Below, one piece after another: positions 1-11,159 of a stretch of DNA of 64,000 bases. Each line of letters starts with the position of its first letter. Positions within the stretch are counted from its first letter, which is position 1. The notes beneath the pieces were generated by a model, which worked only from the letters and a program-made list of their open reading frames with translations, made no database searches and was not told the origin of the DNA. The translations under genes were made by a program, and so were the position numbers. The DNA is from Candidatus Caldarchaeum sp. (GTDB lineage Archaea > Thermoproteota > Nitrososphaeria_A > Caldarchaeales > Caldarchaeaceae): contig JAVZZH010000003.1 in assembly GCA_038885755.1 (NCBI GenBank), positions 96,001-160,000 of the forward strand, written 5' to 3'.

Positions 1-372
1 GAAACCAGAGAGCAGCAGATGTGTATTGTAGTAGACAAGCAGATTATAGGATGGCAGTTATTCATCCATAACATCAAGTTATGCTGAACAGCTCTCCCTA
101 GAATATATCATGTCTTAACTCCTCTGGCTCTTTTTCACATTAGTGTATGGAGGTCCTAGTAAGCGATGTGCCAACCCCCTGCTCTTCCCGGTGTAACCGC
201 CAACACAATGTAATTCTGAGAACCGTCTCTACAAACTGCTTTTTGAGAGAATCCTTATTAAACAATTATTTCCCACCAAATGCAGTATTGCGATCGACTC
301 CACAAAGATGTTGGCGTTTATAAAACAACTACATCAGCTAACACTTAAGTAGTCGCCGCCCCAGATGGCATC

Positions 373-1299
373 ATGAACAGCTATCAGAAGCTCAGAGTAG
401 GGTTCATAGGGCTAGGTAAGATGGGTGTACACATGGCCGAAAATATCAAGGCATCTGGATTCCCCCTAACAGTCTGGAATAGGACGCGGGAGAAAGCCCA
501 GTCATTCAGCAGCAGGACAGGGGCATCCATCGCCGAGACGCCGAAGGATCTAGCAGCTGAGAACGACGTTGTGGTCAACATGCTTACAGAGCCATGGATA
601 ACCGAGGATGTGATACTGGGGACGGGTGAGATGAGGGGCAGGGCTGTCATCGATGGAATCAGTGAAGGAAAGGTGGTGATAGACATGAGTACAAATCATC
701 CATCTTCTGTGAAAAGAATGGCCTCGGCGTTACGAGATGTAGGTGGAGCGTTCATCGATGCACCAGTTATGGGTGGACCTTTTGTGGCCTCCCAGAGAAA
801 GCTCACGATTCTCGCAGCAGGCGATGAAAGGGTTTTAGAGAGGGTTCGTCCAGTACTTCTGAGTATGGGTCAGAAAGTTCTTCACGTCGGTGATGTGGGT
901 GCTGGGATGACGGTTAAGCTGCTCCTCAATCTACATCTGTGGGTCATAATGGCTTCCTACGCGGAGTGTGTGGCTATCGGATCGAAACTCGGGATAAATC
1001 CCAGGAAACTCACAGAGATATTCAACAACACCGTCCTCAAGAACTATGTTACAGAGTTCAAGGCGAGAAAGCTTCTGGAGAATGACTGGAAGCCGGACGC
1101 CCACATTTCCATAGCCATGAAAGACCTACGCTTAGTCGCCGAAGTTGCCCTAGAGGCTGAAGCACCCATGCTGCTGGGCTCCATTACAAGAGACCTGTTC
1201 ACGGCGACAATGCAGCAGGGATTCGAAGACTATGACGTGATGGCGATAGCCCTCATGTACTCCAAGATGGCTGGCGTAGATCTCTCAGCCAAGGACTAG
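373..1299 (+). CDS. NAD(P)-dependent beta-hydroxyacid dehydrogenase (3-hydroxyisobutyrate DH/tartronate semialdehyde reductase family)
   Basis: GFIGLGKMG Rossmann motif, WNRT, DAPVMGG, catalytic Lys in VKLLLN, KDL motif. Confidence 0.9.
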   Translation: MNSYQKLRVGFIGLGKMGVHMAENIKASGFPLTVWNRTREKAQSFSSRTGASIAETPKDLAAENDVVVNMLTEPWITEDVILGTGEMRGRAVIDGISEGKVVIDMSTNHPSSVKRMASALRDVGGAFIDAPVMGGPFVASQRKLTILAAGDERVLERVRPVLLSMGQKVLHVGDVGAGMTVKLLLNLHLWVIMASYAECVAIGSKLGINPRKLTEIFNNTVLKNYVTEFKARKLLENDWKPDAHISIAMKDLRLVAEVALEAEAPMLLGSITRDLFTATMQQGFEDYDVMAIALMYSKMAGVDLSAKD

Positions 1300-2207
1300 G
1301 ATAGGAGTTTAGCTGTCTCGAATATTCGCTGGGCTATTCTTATCGTGGCGTCATCAACCATTATACCATCAACTGAAACTGCTCCCAACCCCTCGGCCAC
1401 AGCCCTTTCATAGGCTTCAACAATTTTCCTAGCCTTGTCAACCTCCTCCCTCGATGGTGTGTAAATCCTGTTGCAGGGTTCAATCTGGCTCGGATGTATG
1501 ACCCACTTCCCTTCAAATCCGAGACTCTTTGAGAGCCTAGCCGACTTCTCAAACCCCTCTAAGTCGGTGTACAGTGCGTAAGGCCCGTCTATCGCCTGCA
1601 GACCCGCAGCAGCCGACGCGTTCCTAATTGTGAAAAGTGGGTAATGCCATATATGGCCTGGATATTCCTCCACATGTCCCCCTATCACCAGAGACGACAT
1701 TCCTAAGCTGGCGGCATAGTCTCCCGGCCCGAAGATGAATGATTCAAGGCGCTGGCTGCTGAAGGCTATTTCACCACATCTTAGCAAGCCCTCAGCCGTC
1801 TCGATAATGGCTTCAAGCCCGATAGGCGACTCTATTCCATTCTCATCCTCAAGAACCTTCAGAGCCTTGTCGACAAGCACTATGTCAGCCGCCCTGTTGA
1901 CCTTAGGTACTATAACGCAGTCTATCTTACTGCCAACCCCGCTGATTATGTATTTGAGGTCGTCATACCAGAACCTCGTGTCCACTGCGTTAATTCTGAA
2001 GGCGATAGTTTTCCCTCGGGGCTTCTCAACATCTTTGAGAACCTCGACAACGTTGCGGCGGGCCACATCCTTATGCGAGTCGGGGACTGATGCCTCAAGG
2101 TCGAAGAACACCTCATCAGCTGCGGTCTCCATCAAACCCTTCCTCATCATCTTGGGACTGACGGCGGGTGTTGCCAGCTCGGTTCTCCTTAGCCTGCGGC
2201 GGGGCAT
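1296..2207 (-). CDS. CitE/malyl-CoA lyase family CoA-ester lyase (HpcH/HpaI fold)
   Basis: DLEASV, RIN, PKV, IETAEG, GPGDY, GFEGKWVIHPSQ, GIMVD motifs. Confidence 0.9.
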   Translation of the reverse strand: MPRRRLRRTELATPAVSPKMMRKGLMETAADEVFFDLEASVPDSHKDVARRNVVEVLKDVEKPRGKTIAFRINAVDTRFWYDDLKYIISGVGSKIDCVIVPKVNRAADIVLVDKALKVLEDENGIESPIGLEAIIETAEGLLRCGEIAFSSQRLESFIFGPGDYAASLGMSSLVIGGHVEEYPGHIWHYPLFTIRNASAAAGLQAIDGPYALYTDLEGFEKSARLSKSLGFEGKWVIHPSQIEPCNRIYTPSREEVDKARKIVEAYERAVAEGLGAVSVDGIMVDDATIRIAQRIFETAKLLS

Positions 2208-2254
2208 ATCAGCGGTCAGAATTCAGAGGATTATTTATGGGTTCGCAGAATAGG

Positions 2255-3945
2255 CTATCCACCTCATTCGGGCTTAGACGTGGGAGTGAACCACCTCTGC
2301 ACACTAAGGTCATCCAACAAGACGTTTACACAGTTTTATCCAAGCGCAAACGAAACACTCCCGCTAGGGTGTGAAGTTGATCCCGCAAGATAAAGACCAG
2401 CTGTGGGTGTCCGATAGTTTGAGAGCGGTGGATGGGACCTATTGATGCTCATCTGGTCTGGGATGTAGGCACCAAGGTGTACACTGCCCTCACCCATGCT
2501 GATGCTGTGTCAGAATGTGTCCAGAGTAGAGTATGATGTCTTAGCCAGTAACGAGGTCTTTGGATTTGGCGCATATTCAGACCAGACTCCCAGCAGATAG
2601 CCAACATATCTACCCTTCAACTCATCCCATACCCCTCCAGCGATTCGAAATGGTGCGCGGGGCGCCCAGAAGACCACACGCTGTCCCGCAGGAGCATATG
2701 AAGGGCCCAAAAACGTGTTGCATGTACTATTACCGGCCGGCTTCTCAGGGAGCTCCCCCTACTTCAGCTGTCTATGATTCGCTTCAAGCTTCCTCGAAAC
2801 TTCAACCCCAAAGTAGATGTTGAAGGTCTGGTTGATGAGGGGCCCGGTATTACTAGATGACGTGTAGTTGGGCGGCTCCCTAAGAGTTAGACGTAGAACA
2901 AGCAGACTCCATTTTCACACCATAGCCTTCTGCACGATTTCACTGTCCCAGCTCTCCTCACCTGCCATCCGAACTGTCTGCGGAAAATCAAAAACACTCA
3001 CCACTACCTTCCTATCCTCCACCACACTGCAGTCCGACAACACCCCTCCATAAGCCCCCGTCTTTGACGAAAATCCTATCTACATGCCGTCCAGTCCATA
3101 AACTCCCACCATTCTCCACGATCACTTTCTTGAAGGCTTTGGCAAGGTTTGTTGCCCCACCTTTAACGAGAAAGTGTGTTGATGAGAGCTTTGAGTCTTG
3201 TAAGGGCTCCGCCGGTCATCGGATCGTTGCCAGATTGGAAGCTATGTATTACCAGTTTGAGAAAAGTTCTAACCCTCTTATCTTCAAAATTCTCAGCCAC
3301 AGCATTATACATAGTCATCGTGCTGAACATGATGAACTCCTCACCGAGGTCGCCTTTTATTGTCTTTCTAAGGTCATCTAGTTGGGTTGGAGGATTATAG
3401 GACAGGGATGCTATCGCACTCCCCCTCATCCGGCTGAACTTTTCGTAGAGAGCCCTGTATGTCCGCGCATCCTTTTCAGAGGGTCTTGCCAGCGAACGTA
3501 CTGCGACGTCTATGTCCCCATGCAGGACAACGGCCGTTCCATCCTTGAGTGCGCCGCCAGTGTTGCAGTCAAGCATTATGGCTTGGACTCCATAGTGAGC
3601 CGGTTGGAGATCCCTGAATACCGGATTGTTGGTAAGGTTTACGAATAAGTTGGCGTGTGTGGCATGCTTGAACCCGGGAAGGGTTATCTCCTAAGTCCAA
3701 ACGCCACCCAGCAGAAGATTATGGAGAGTAGATGTTACGTATTCAAGGGCGAAGCCAATCTCCAGACCGGATACGTATAGCCTTTGGGGGATTCAGGATG
3801 TCGCCTAGGTATTTGGGGGGAATAGTGTTGACTGTCCCACATCACTATTCTATCTATGAGGAGGACGCTCGACCGGGATCTGGCGAGATACGCTGCTGCC
3901 GTTGAACCATCAGGCCCCTCGCCTATAACAATAAAGTGGGTGCAC
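2255..3945 (-). pseudogene. Degraded FAD-dependent oxidoreductase (phytoene dehydrogenase-like)
   Basis: Fragments in several frames: FIVIGEGPDGSTAAAYLA, LGGVWT*EITLPGFKH, and C-terminal YRTPTAGLYLAGSTSHP. Multiple stops and frameshifts; ends approximate. Confidence 0.8.
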
Positions 3946-4033
3946 AGCCCGCTGAGTAACTGACTTCGTTTTTTGAGTTGTGTAGTTTCATGTCTGAGCA
4001 AGGTTTATTATCATTTTAGCCGCTGTCGAAGCC

Positions 4034-5080
4034 ATGCAAGAAATGCAGGTGATAGATATTTTCTGCCATATATTTCCAGCCGGCTTCATGCAGGAGCTTA
4101 AGAAAAGATGCCCGCATCTATCATTTAGGCAGGCTGGGGCTGGTAGTGCGTTGAATATTTTCAACGATCAGTCTGGTTACTGGGTGGCTTACGTAATCCC
4201 CGACTCGGCTTTTGATACTCCGGAGAAGCGTATAGAGGATATGGACAGGTATGGTGTCGACATACAGGTTTTGAGCGCCTCACTGCCCGGAGCTGAGCCA
4301 TCATCTCTGTCGGCAACCCCTGAGGACCTGATCAAGATTGCTAGATTTGTCAACGACGCGATAGCAGGAGTTGTAAGCAGGTATCCCGACCGTTTTTTAG
4401 GCGTGGCCGAGATACCTGCGACGGAGGAAGAGAGCGCCTTGGAGGAGTTTGACCGCGCCGTCAATGAGCTGGGTATGAAGGCTGTTCAGCTATATACACA
4501 GATGGGTGGGATGCCTATAGATAACGAGAGGTTCTACCCGTTGTTTGAAAGGGCTGTAAAATATGATTTACCGATACTCCTGCATCCTTCAAACCCGCCC
4601 CCGGCCCAGTCCAGAAGCTATGAAAAAGACTACTCACTCATGCTATTGTTCGGATGGCCATATGAAACAACACTGGCGCTCTCTAGGCTTGTGATATCGG
4701 GAGTCCTTGAGAAGTTTCCAAGACTGAAGATAGTTTCACATCACATGGGTGGGATGATAGCCTATTTCGGGGGGCGGCTTCAGATCTATGAGAACCTAGC
4801 CGCCGTGCGTGGCGTCAAGTATCCCAAGCCACTTCTTGAATATTTCAAAGCATTCTACGCCGACACGGTTCTGGGTGGGCACCTTCCCGCGGCCAAATGC
4901 GGGTACGAGGTTTTCGGCCCTGATCATATTGTATTCGCAACAGACTATCCATTCGGTCCTGAGATTGGCCGAGCTTTCATAAGGCAGGCCATAAACACAG
5001 TCAGAGAACTCAACATACCGGAGGAGGAACAGGCCAAGATATTCCACAAGAACGCACGCGAGCTTCTCAACATACATTAG
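4034..5080 (+). CDS. Amidohydrolase-2 family protein (ACMSD/aromatic acid decarboxylase-like)
   Basis: IDIFCH, LLHP, GWPYETT, SHHMGG, FATDYPF, KNARELL. Confidence 0.88.
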   Translation: MQEMQVIDIFCHIFPAGFMQELKKRCPHLSFRQAGAGSALNIFNDQSGYWVAYVIPDSAFDTPEKRIEDMDRYGVDIQVLSASLPGAEPSSLSATPEDLIKIARFVNDAIAGVVSRYPDRFLGVAEIPATEEESALEEFDRAVNELGMKAVQLYTQMGGMPIDNERFYPLFERAVKYDLPILLHPSNPPPAQSRSYEKDYSLMLLFGWPYETTLALSRLVISGVLEKFPRLKIVSHHMGGMIAYFGGRLQIYENLAAVRGVKYPKPLLEYFKAFYADTVLGGHLPAAKCGYEVFGPDHIVFATDYPFGPEIGRAFIRQAINTVRELNIPEEEQAKIFHKNARELLNIH

Positions 5081-5841
5081 GTCATATCCTCATAGGCTTC
5101 TGACACTCGGCCGGATAGTCTATCAGCCCTCATAACGACGGGTTTTTTCCAAATCTATATCCGCCACCAATACCTCCTCCACATACCCCGCGTCCGCCAG
5201 AGTCTTCACAACCCCCACTCCCCCAGCGGTTTCCCTGACGGTTAGGATTGTGGAAAGGCCACCGTAGAGGTCCGGCAGGATAATGTTGGGAGCAACGAGC
5301 GGATCCTGTTCTCGAAGGCAGCGGACCTCAAGGTACCTTTTCCATGGAGCACAGCCATCCCTGACTATTCTAGATGGGTTGAAGGCTAGCTCAGCGCTCC
5401 TTAGGGCTAGGGTTCTCGCAGCCTCGGGATAGACTATATCATGGCATACCAGCCTTCACACCGTCCATATCAAAAACTTTGAATCGCTTACCATGTCTTA
5501 AGACCGTTTTCTCACCTCTGAAGAGATGAACCTTCTCCTGCAATCATGTCTCCATCAGGTGATATGATGGGGCAACCACACTTGGTCCGTCCCGCGAATA
5601 CAACCCACCTACCACAGCCCACACCTTGTTATTCGCTGCTGACTCCGAGAGTCTTCCCCAGATGATCTCATAGCTGGAGAGCATGGCATCTATGTAGGCC
5701 AGAGGAGTATGGTGAAACCAAGCCTCCGGTAGACAGACGACTGACACGCCTCCATCCCCCTGCTCACTTAACCGCTTTCTCCAGACTCTCCGAAACCGTT
5801 GAAGGTGTTAGCGGTACAGCCGCCACCCTAATACTCCGCAT
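5077..5841 (-). pseudogene. Frameshifted carbon-nitrogen hydrolase (nitrilase/omega-amidase family)
   Basis: MRSIRVAAV start, VVCLPEAW (catalytic Glu), VCHDIVYPEAAR (catalytic Cys), EEVLVADID. Broken by stops and frameshifts. Confidence 0.8.
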
Positions 5842-6010
5842 GAAGTTAACCTCTAGCCAGCTTGGATAAGGATATGCAGGGAGCTTAGGAGGGAAGTTCC
5901 GGACAAGGATAAGATGGCGGGCAGCCAAGCGATCTTCCAGCTGGACATAGTATATGTGATAGCCAACCTACGGCTTGGTATACTAAACCCCTTCTAGGAC
6001 AAGCACATAC

Positions 6011-7399
6011 TCACGGTGCAGCACCACCAGCTACGCAGTGCTTGACTAACTCCCCCACGTCATCCAGCCTGTCAACATTCATGATTATGTCTATCAGCTC
6101 TTCGGCCACCTCATCGGTGACGACCAGCCGTGCATTGCTCCTAAACTTAGCCATTATGTCTATGAGAGCCGGGCTAGCTATATCGGATTTCTTGACGGTG
6201 TACCGGCTTCCGTCGACCATGACTATCTCAATAAGCTCCTTGTCCGGGCTATCAGCCCTCTGAAACCCTATCTTCCTAGATAGGAGGGCAACGTCTCTAT
6301 CTACACCGCCTTCTACATCAAAATCTCGAATGTTGGCCGAGCCTTTCACAAGCACTGTGGCGACCCCATAGGGTAGGCTGAACATCGCATCGTATCTGGT
6401 CTTCGGGTTCAGCTTTCTATCCGCCGGCAGACATATTATGGGTATGGCTAGCTCGCTGACGAAGCAGGTTGCCTCCCTGATGTCACGGTGGCTTATGCGG
6501 TGTTTCTTCTTAATTGCTAGAGCGGCGTGCATAAACTCATGTATGAGATGACAGTTGGGAAAGAGCTTGAACGAGATGTTCATGGTCTCCCACTCCCTTC
6601 CAAGGCCAGCCACCACCTCCTCAAAGCTGGGCCTGAAACCCGCATATGCAGCATATACCCCCCTATCACCCTCGAGTATCCGCGCCGGACCCGATAGTCC
6701 TTGGCCCGCTAGGAGGGCCGCCATAATACCTGCGTGGGCAGCCCAACCCACGTGTAGTGGTTTCACCCATGAACCGTCGGATAAAAACTCCATTAGCCCT
6801 GAGCTCATACTTCCCGCGATCCCCATAGCGCCTGATAGCTGAGCCTTACTATGGTCAAGCAGTTTTCCAGCAGCGAGGGAGCAGCCTAGGACACCGCATA
6901 CTGAAGTAGCGTGAAAGCCCTTCTCATGGAATTTGCCTCTGGAGGCCATGCCTATCCTAGAGTTCACCTCATATCCGGCGACTAGAGCCGTCATGACCTC
7001 AGCGCCTGAAGCGTGTATAGCTTCACCGAGGGATAGGACAGTAGATACCAGCGGTGAACTCAGGTGCATTATTGAGCCGAGGTGGGTGTCGTCATAGTCC
7101 AGCGCATGGGCCATGGAGCCGTTGGCCAGTGCGGCGATGGGGGCTGAGGCCCTGAAACCGTGCCACATAACGGTGCTTTCTCCGGAGCCGGCCGCCTTCT
7201 TCAGGGCTTCCGAGATGGATCGGGATCCAGGCTCCAGAGAACCTGCTGCAGAAACACCGATAGTATCCATTAGATGAAGCTTAGCCCTGGCAATCACCTC
7301 TTCTGGAATATCACTAAACCTTAGACCATCCACGAAGCATGCAAACTCCTCACTCATTGTGTGCAAATTAACACACAAGGCCACGTCTATATCACCCAT
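6011..7399 (-). CDS. MmgE/PrpD family protein (true start may be downstream, e.g. 7357)
   Basis: AHALDYDDTH, GYEV, GFHATS, KPLHVGWAA, FKLFPNCH, FSLPY. Confidence 0.9.
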   Translation of the reverse strand: MGDIDVALCVNLHTMSEEFACFVDGLRFSDIPEEVIARAKLHLMDTIGVSAAGSLEPGSRSISEALKKAAGSGESTVMWHGFRASAPIAALANGSMAHALDYDDTHLGSIMHLSSPLVSTVLSLGEAIHASGAEVMTALVAGYEVNSRIGMASRGKFHEKGFHATSVCGVLGCSLAAGKLLDHSKAQLSGAMGIAGSMSSGLMEFLSDGSWVKPLHVGWAAHAGIMAALLAGQGLSGPARILEGDRGVYAAYAGFRPSFEEVVAGLGREWETMNISFKLFPNCHLIHEFMHAALAIKKKHRISHRDIREATCFVSELAIPIICLPADRKLNPKTRYDAMFSLPYGVATVLVKGSANIRDFDVEGGVDRDVALLSRKIGFQRADSPDKELIEIVMVDGSRYTVKKSDIASPALIDIMAKFRSNARLVVTDEVAEELIDIIMNVDRLDDVGELVKHCVAGGAAP

Positions 7400-7485
7400 T
7401 ATTAAAATATAGCTATGTTAGGACGGCAAAACAATTGCTCGGGATGTTTCGCCGCTCCTTATAGTCGGCCATAGCCCGCTAGGTT

Positions 7486-7620
7486 ATGTACGCCCAAGTT
7501 CAGACGGCTGAGCATATGATGATTAGGAAGGCTGTGAGTGAGCTAGCTTCCAAGTATCTTCCAACATACTTCTCCCTCATCAACACGTCTAACCAGAACT
7601 ATACCGCCTCTCAAACTCAT
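7486..7620 (+). pseudogene. Possible N-terminal relic of an acyl-CoA dehydrogenase
   Basis: TAEHMMIRKAVSELASKY resembles the first helix of acyl-CoA dehydrogenases; the rest is missing. Confidence 0.3.
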
Positions 7621-7736
7621 GGGAAACCTTGGGAAAAAGCCATGCCATGCTCGGACTTGTGGGAGCAGGTTTGTATCCTCTGCTGTGTATTTCTGAAGCT
7701 GAAAAGATTTAAGGTGGATGTGGAGGGTTGACAGCT

Positions 7737-9236
7737 ATGGTGGAGAAGTCTGAAGAGATTCACAGATATGAATTATTCATAAATGGAGAGTGGACCGAGC
7801 CGAGCTCCGGTAATTATTTCAAGGTCATATACCCGTTCAACCAGAAGGTTGTTGCTGAAGTGGCTGAAGCCGCACCAGACGACGTGGAGAGGGCGATCAG
7901 AGCTGCGAGGGAAGCCTTCGATGACGGTCCCTGGCGTAGGATGGCGGCGTCTGAAAGGTCTAGACTTCTCTGGAGGCTGGCAGACCTCATCGAATCTGAG
8001 GCTGAGAGGCTGGCACGTTTAGAGACACTATGCAACGGAAAGCTATACAGGGAGATGCTGGGGCAGTTGAAAGTCATCCCCCACTATTACAGATACTTCG
8101 CAGGATGGGCTGACAAGATACTGGGTGATGCAAAATATCTACCTGACAAACCCAACGTGCTCAACTATACAATGCGTGAGCCATATGGTGTGGTCTCTAT
8201 AATAGTACCTTGGAACTCGCCCATACTTCTTACTACCTTCTCTCTGGCACCCGCCCTAGCGTGTGGGAACACAGTCATAGTGAAACCGTCCAAAAACGCG
8301 CCGCTCGGGGTGCTTGCCCTTGGTGAGCTGTTCCAGCGAGCCGGTTTTCCGCATGGTGTTTTCAACATTGTAACCGGTCCAGGTTCCGTTGGGGAGATGC
8401 TGGCAGGCCACCACTCCGTGGATAAGGTGTGCTTCACAGGTGGAACAGATACTGGCATACATGTGGCTAGGATAACCTCCAGCAACCTAACCAGATACGT
8501 CTTGGAGCTGGGCGGGAAGTCGCCTCAGATAGTTTTTGAGGACTGTGATGTTGATACTGCAGTGAGTGGTGTGGTGTCGGGAATAGTTGCTGCCACTGGT
8601 CAGACATGTGTAGCCGGCTCAAGACTACTAGTCCAGAAGGGATTGTATGAGGAGTTTCTGGAGAGGCTGAGGGAGGTGTTCGGGAGGGTGAGGCTAGGAG
8701 ATCCCATGGACCCGCAGACCCAGATGGGGCCTGTTGCTACACGGGACCAGCTTGAAAAAATACTGTATTACATCGAGTCCGCTAAGAAGGAGGGGGCTAG
8801 ACTGGTCTATGGTGGCGAGAGGCCGAGTGATCCATCACTCTCGGATGGGTTCTTCATACTTCCCACGATCTTCGCCGACGTAACGCCTCGCATGACTATT
8901 TGGCGTGAGGAGATATTTGGCCCGGTTCTGGCTGCCACAAGCTTCGAGACTGAGGAGGAAGCTGTTAAGCTGGCTAACTCGGTTGATTATGGACTTGCTG
9001 CTGGGATATGGACCAGGGATATCTACAAGGCGCACCGTGTAGCGAGGAATGTTCAGGCTGGGACTGTATGGATCAACATGTATAGAAGCCTCTCATATGC
9101 ATCCCCATTCGGCGGCTTCAAGAAGAGCGGGGTTGGTAGAGAGCTGAGCGTCGAGGCCATACGAGAGTTTACACAAGTAAAGAGCGTGTGGGTTGAGCTG
9201 TCGGGTCAAAGGCGCGACCCCTTTATACTCGGTTGA
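7737..9236 (+). CDS. NAD-dependent aldehyde dehydrogenase
   Basis: PWNSP, KPS, FTGGT, LELGGKSP, GQTCVAGSR (catalytic Cys), EEIFGPV, PFGGFKKSG. TATA-like element near 7708. Confidence 0.95.
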   Translation: MVEKSEEIHRYELFINGEWTEPSSGNYFKVIYPFNQKVVAEVAEAAPDDVERAIRAAREAFDDGPWRRMAASERSRLLWRLADLIESEAERLARLETLCNGKLYREMLGQLKVIPHYYRYFAGWADKILGDAKYLPDKPNVLNYTMREPYGVVSIIVPWNSPILLTTFSLAPALACGNTVIVKPSKNAPLGVLALGELFQRAGFPHGVFNIVTGPGSVGEMLAGHHSVDKVCFTGGTDTGIHVARITSSNLTRYVLELGGKSPQIVFEDCDVDTAVSGVVSGIVAATGQTCVAGSRLLVQKGLYEEFLERLREVFGRVRLGDPMDPQTQMGPVATRDQLEKILYYIESAKKEGARLVYGGERPSDPSLSDGFFILPTIFADVTPRMTIWREEIFGPVLAATSFETEEEAVKLANSVDYGLAAGIWTRDIYKAHRVARNVQAGTVWINMYRSLSYASPFGGFKKSGVGRELSVEAIREFTQVKSVWVELSGQRRDPFILG

Positions 9237-9268
9237 AGACTTTTAAAGCCCAGTGACAGCTTGCCTGC

Positions 9269-9514
9269 ATGGTCGGGATATACAAGCTGATTCTCCCCCG
9301 CATCGACGTAGCTATGGAGTCTGGAAGGATTATTGAGTTGTTGAAGAAGGAGGGCGACAAGGTGTCCAAAGACGAGCTGGTGGCCGTAGTTGAGACTGAG
9401 AAGGCGGCTGTTGAGATCAGGTCCGAGGTTGATGGTGTGATAGTTAAGATACTCCATGCTGTTGGTGAGGAAGTTGGGGTAAGTGAGCCAATAGCTGAGA
9501 TAAGAGTAGACTAG
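9269..9514 (+). CDS. Stand-alone lipoyl-carrier domain protein
   Basis: 81 aa; MESGRI, KKEGDKV, VETEKAAVEI (lipoyl-Lys motif). Own TATA (ttttaaa, 9241) and stop codon. Confidence 0.88.
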   Translation: MVGIYKLILPRIDVAMESGRIIELLKKEGDKVSKDELVAVVETEKAAVEIRSEVDGVIVKILHAVGEEVGVSEPIAEIRVD

Positions 9515-9550
9515 CGAAACGCTTATACGCCAAACAGCTGCTGCAAACGT

Positions 9551-10552
9551 ATGTCCCGCGACTTCAGCTATGGTGTTGGGTTGCAGACATACACAGGCGG
9601 CATGTGGGACGGTGGCCAGCCCACATTGGAGGAGCTTGCCAGCTATGTGAAGCGGGCTGAGGAGCTGGGCTACAGTACAATATGGCATACGGATAGGCTG
9701 CTACCAACAGTTCCCCCAGGATACAGCACAGCATGGTATGAGCCCCTAATCACCCTATCCGTTATCATCCCGTACATCAAGAAGGCTGGAATAGGCACCT
9801 CGGCTGTGGTGCTTCCCATGAGAAATCCAATACTGCTGGCTAAGCAGCTGGCCACTATGGATGTTCTGTCTGCTGGTAGGCTGCGGGTTGGGATAGCCAT
9901 GGGATGGTCGCAGCAGGAATATGCCGCCACAGCCACGGATTTCAAGCGCAGGTCCTCGGTTTATAGCGAATATGCTCAGGTCCTCAGCATGTTACTTACT
10001 GGTGAGAAAGTCAGCTTCCAAGGCAAGTATCTCAGCCTCTCGGATGTTGAGATAAGACCACGTCCACTCCAGAGGCCGAGACCGCCGATTTACATGGGTG
10101 GTGGCGGGCCGTGGGTTGGCGTTGACGATGCCACACGTGGGAGGCTTGAGCTGAGGGTTTTCAGCCGAATAGCCGATTATGCTGATGGGTGGATTGCCGG
10201 GGCCCGCATAGACCCAGACAGCGCCCAAAGATACATTCAATTATTGAGAAGACTTCTTTCTGAGAGGGGGAGAGACCCTGAGAAGTTCACGATACTTAAT
10301 CAGAACTTCGTATACGTCTACGGGGTAAGCGGCTCCCCTGAAGAGTTGAAGGCCAAAATCAATAAGATCGTACCCACCCCATTCGATGCAGTCTCTAAGG
10401 TATGGATTATTGGTGAAAAAGCGGATGTGGCGGCTAAGGTAGATAGGATGGTTAAGGCTGGTGTCCAGCATTTCATAGTGTGGCCTGTTGGAAACCATAC
10501 ACCCACCATAGAGTTCCTAGCTGACGAAATATTCCCCAAATATATGAAGTGA
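9551..10552 (+). CDS. Luciferase-like (LLM) flavin/F420-dependent oxidoreductase
   Basis: AEELGYSTIW, EPLITL, LPMRNPILLAKQLATMDVLSAGR, PRPLQRPRPPIYMGG, ADGW. Confidence 0.9.
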   Translation: MSRDFSYGVGLQTYTGGMWDGGQPTLEELASYVKRAEELGYSTIWHTDRLLPTVPPGYSTAWYEPLITLSVIIPYIKKAGIGTSAVVLPMRNPILLAKQLATMDVLSAGRLRVGIAMGWSQQEYAATATDFKRRSSVYSEYAQVLSMLLTGEKVSFQGKYLSLSDVEIRPRPLQRPRPPIYMGGGGPWVGVDDATRGRLELRVFSRIADYADGWIAGARIDPDSAQRYIQLLRRLLSERGRDPEKFTILNQNFVYVYGVSGSPEELKAKINKIVPTPFDAVSKVWIIGEKADVAAKVDRMVKAGVQHFIVWPVGNHTPTIEFLADEIFPKYMK

Positions 10553-11159
10553 GCTTTCCCGGTCAGAATTGTGAAGATTGCTGATGTCAGGAAGGGAATA
10601 GCTGGCAGGCTAGCCTAGTCTACACCAGTCTCCTTATGATTACCATCCAAGCGGAAAACATAATGAGCGCCTATCATAACATGAAGACCGTCTCTGGCCA
10701 GGCGGCTCCAAGCATGACTTCAATAATGGCCCAGATACGCTTTCAAACCCTCAGACGGCACGACTACAACGCTGTGGTAGAAGGGGACGAGGTGAGGATA
10801 AAGTCAACATAGCTGTAGCGGTTGACACTCCGCGTTGGCTCTTTGCGCAGGTTATACGTAAAGCCGATAAGCTGAAGCTTGGGGATGATTGAAGCCATGT
10901 TGAGAAGTGAGAGGGCTGTCTCGGGGAGGATAACCTAAGGAGATCTGACGGGACATACCTTCACCATCTCAAACCTTGGCCATGAAGGAGTGACATACTT
11001 CACGCCTGTGATAAACCTGAAGCATACTCGGGGTTGGAGCGGTGCAAAAGAGTAGTCAGGGTATGGTTGGCCTTCTTAGCATAGTCTTCGACCACAGGGC
11101 TGTTGACGGCGCCCCAGCCGCCAGCCCCCTAGCGTATGTAAGAAAAGCCGCCGAATCTT
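10549..11159 (+). pseudogene. Degraded 2-oxoacid dehydrogenase E2 (acyltransferase) catalytic domain
   Basis: VRKGIAGRLA*, AVAVDTPR, GHTFTISNLG and FDHRAVDGAPAA (HxxxDG catalytic motif) lie in different frames with stops. Confidence 0.85.

Noticed and set aside
1-372. Possible gene relic on the minus strand (GGYTGKSR fragment)
   Set aside because: Too short and full of stops to assign a family
1735-2253. 172-aa plus-strand ORF, and similar Ser/Thr/Pro-rich ORFs such as 14326..14970, 25113..25619, 34275..35000, 51981..52784 and 59070..59879
   Set aside because: Antisense or off-frame shadows of well-supported genes, with no recognisable motifs
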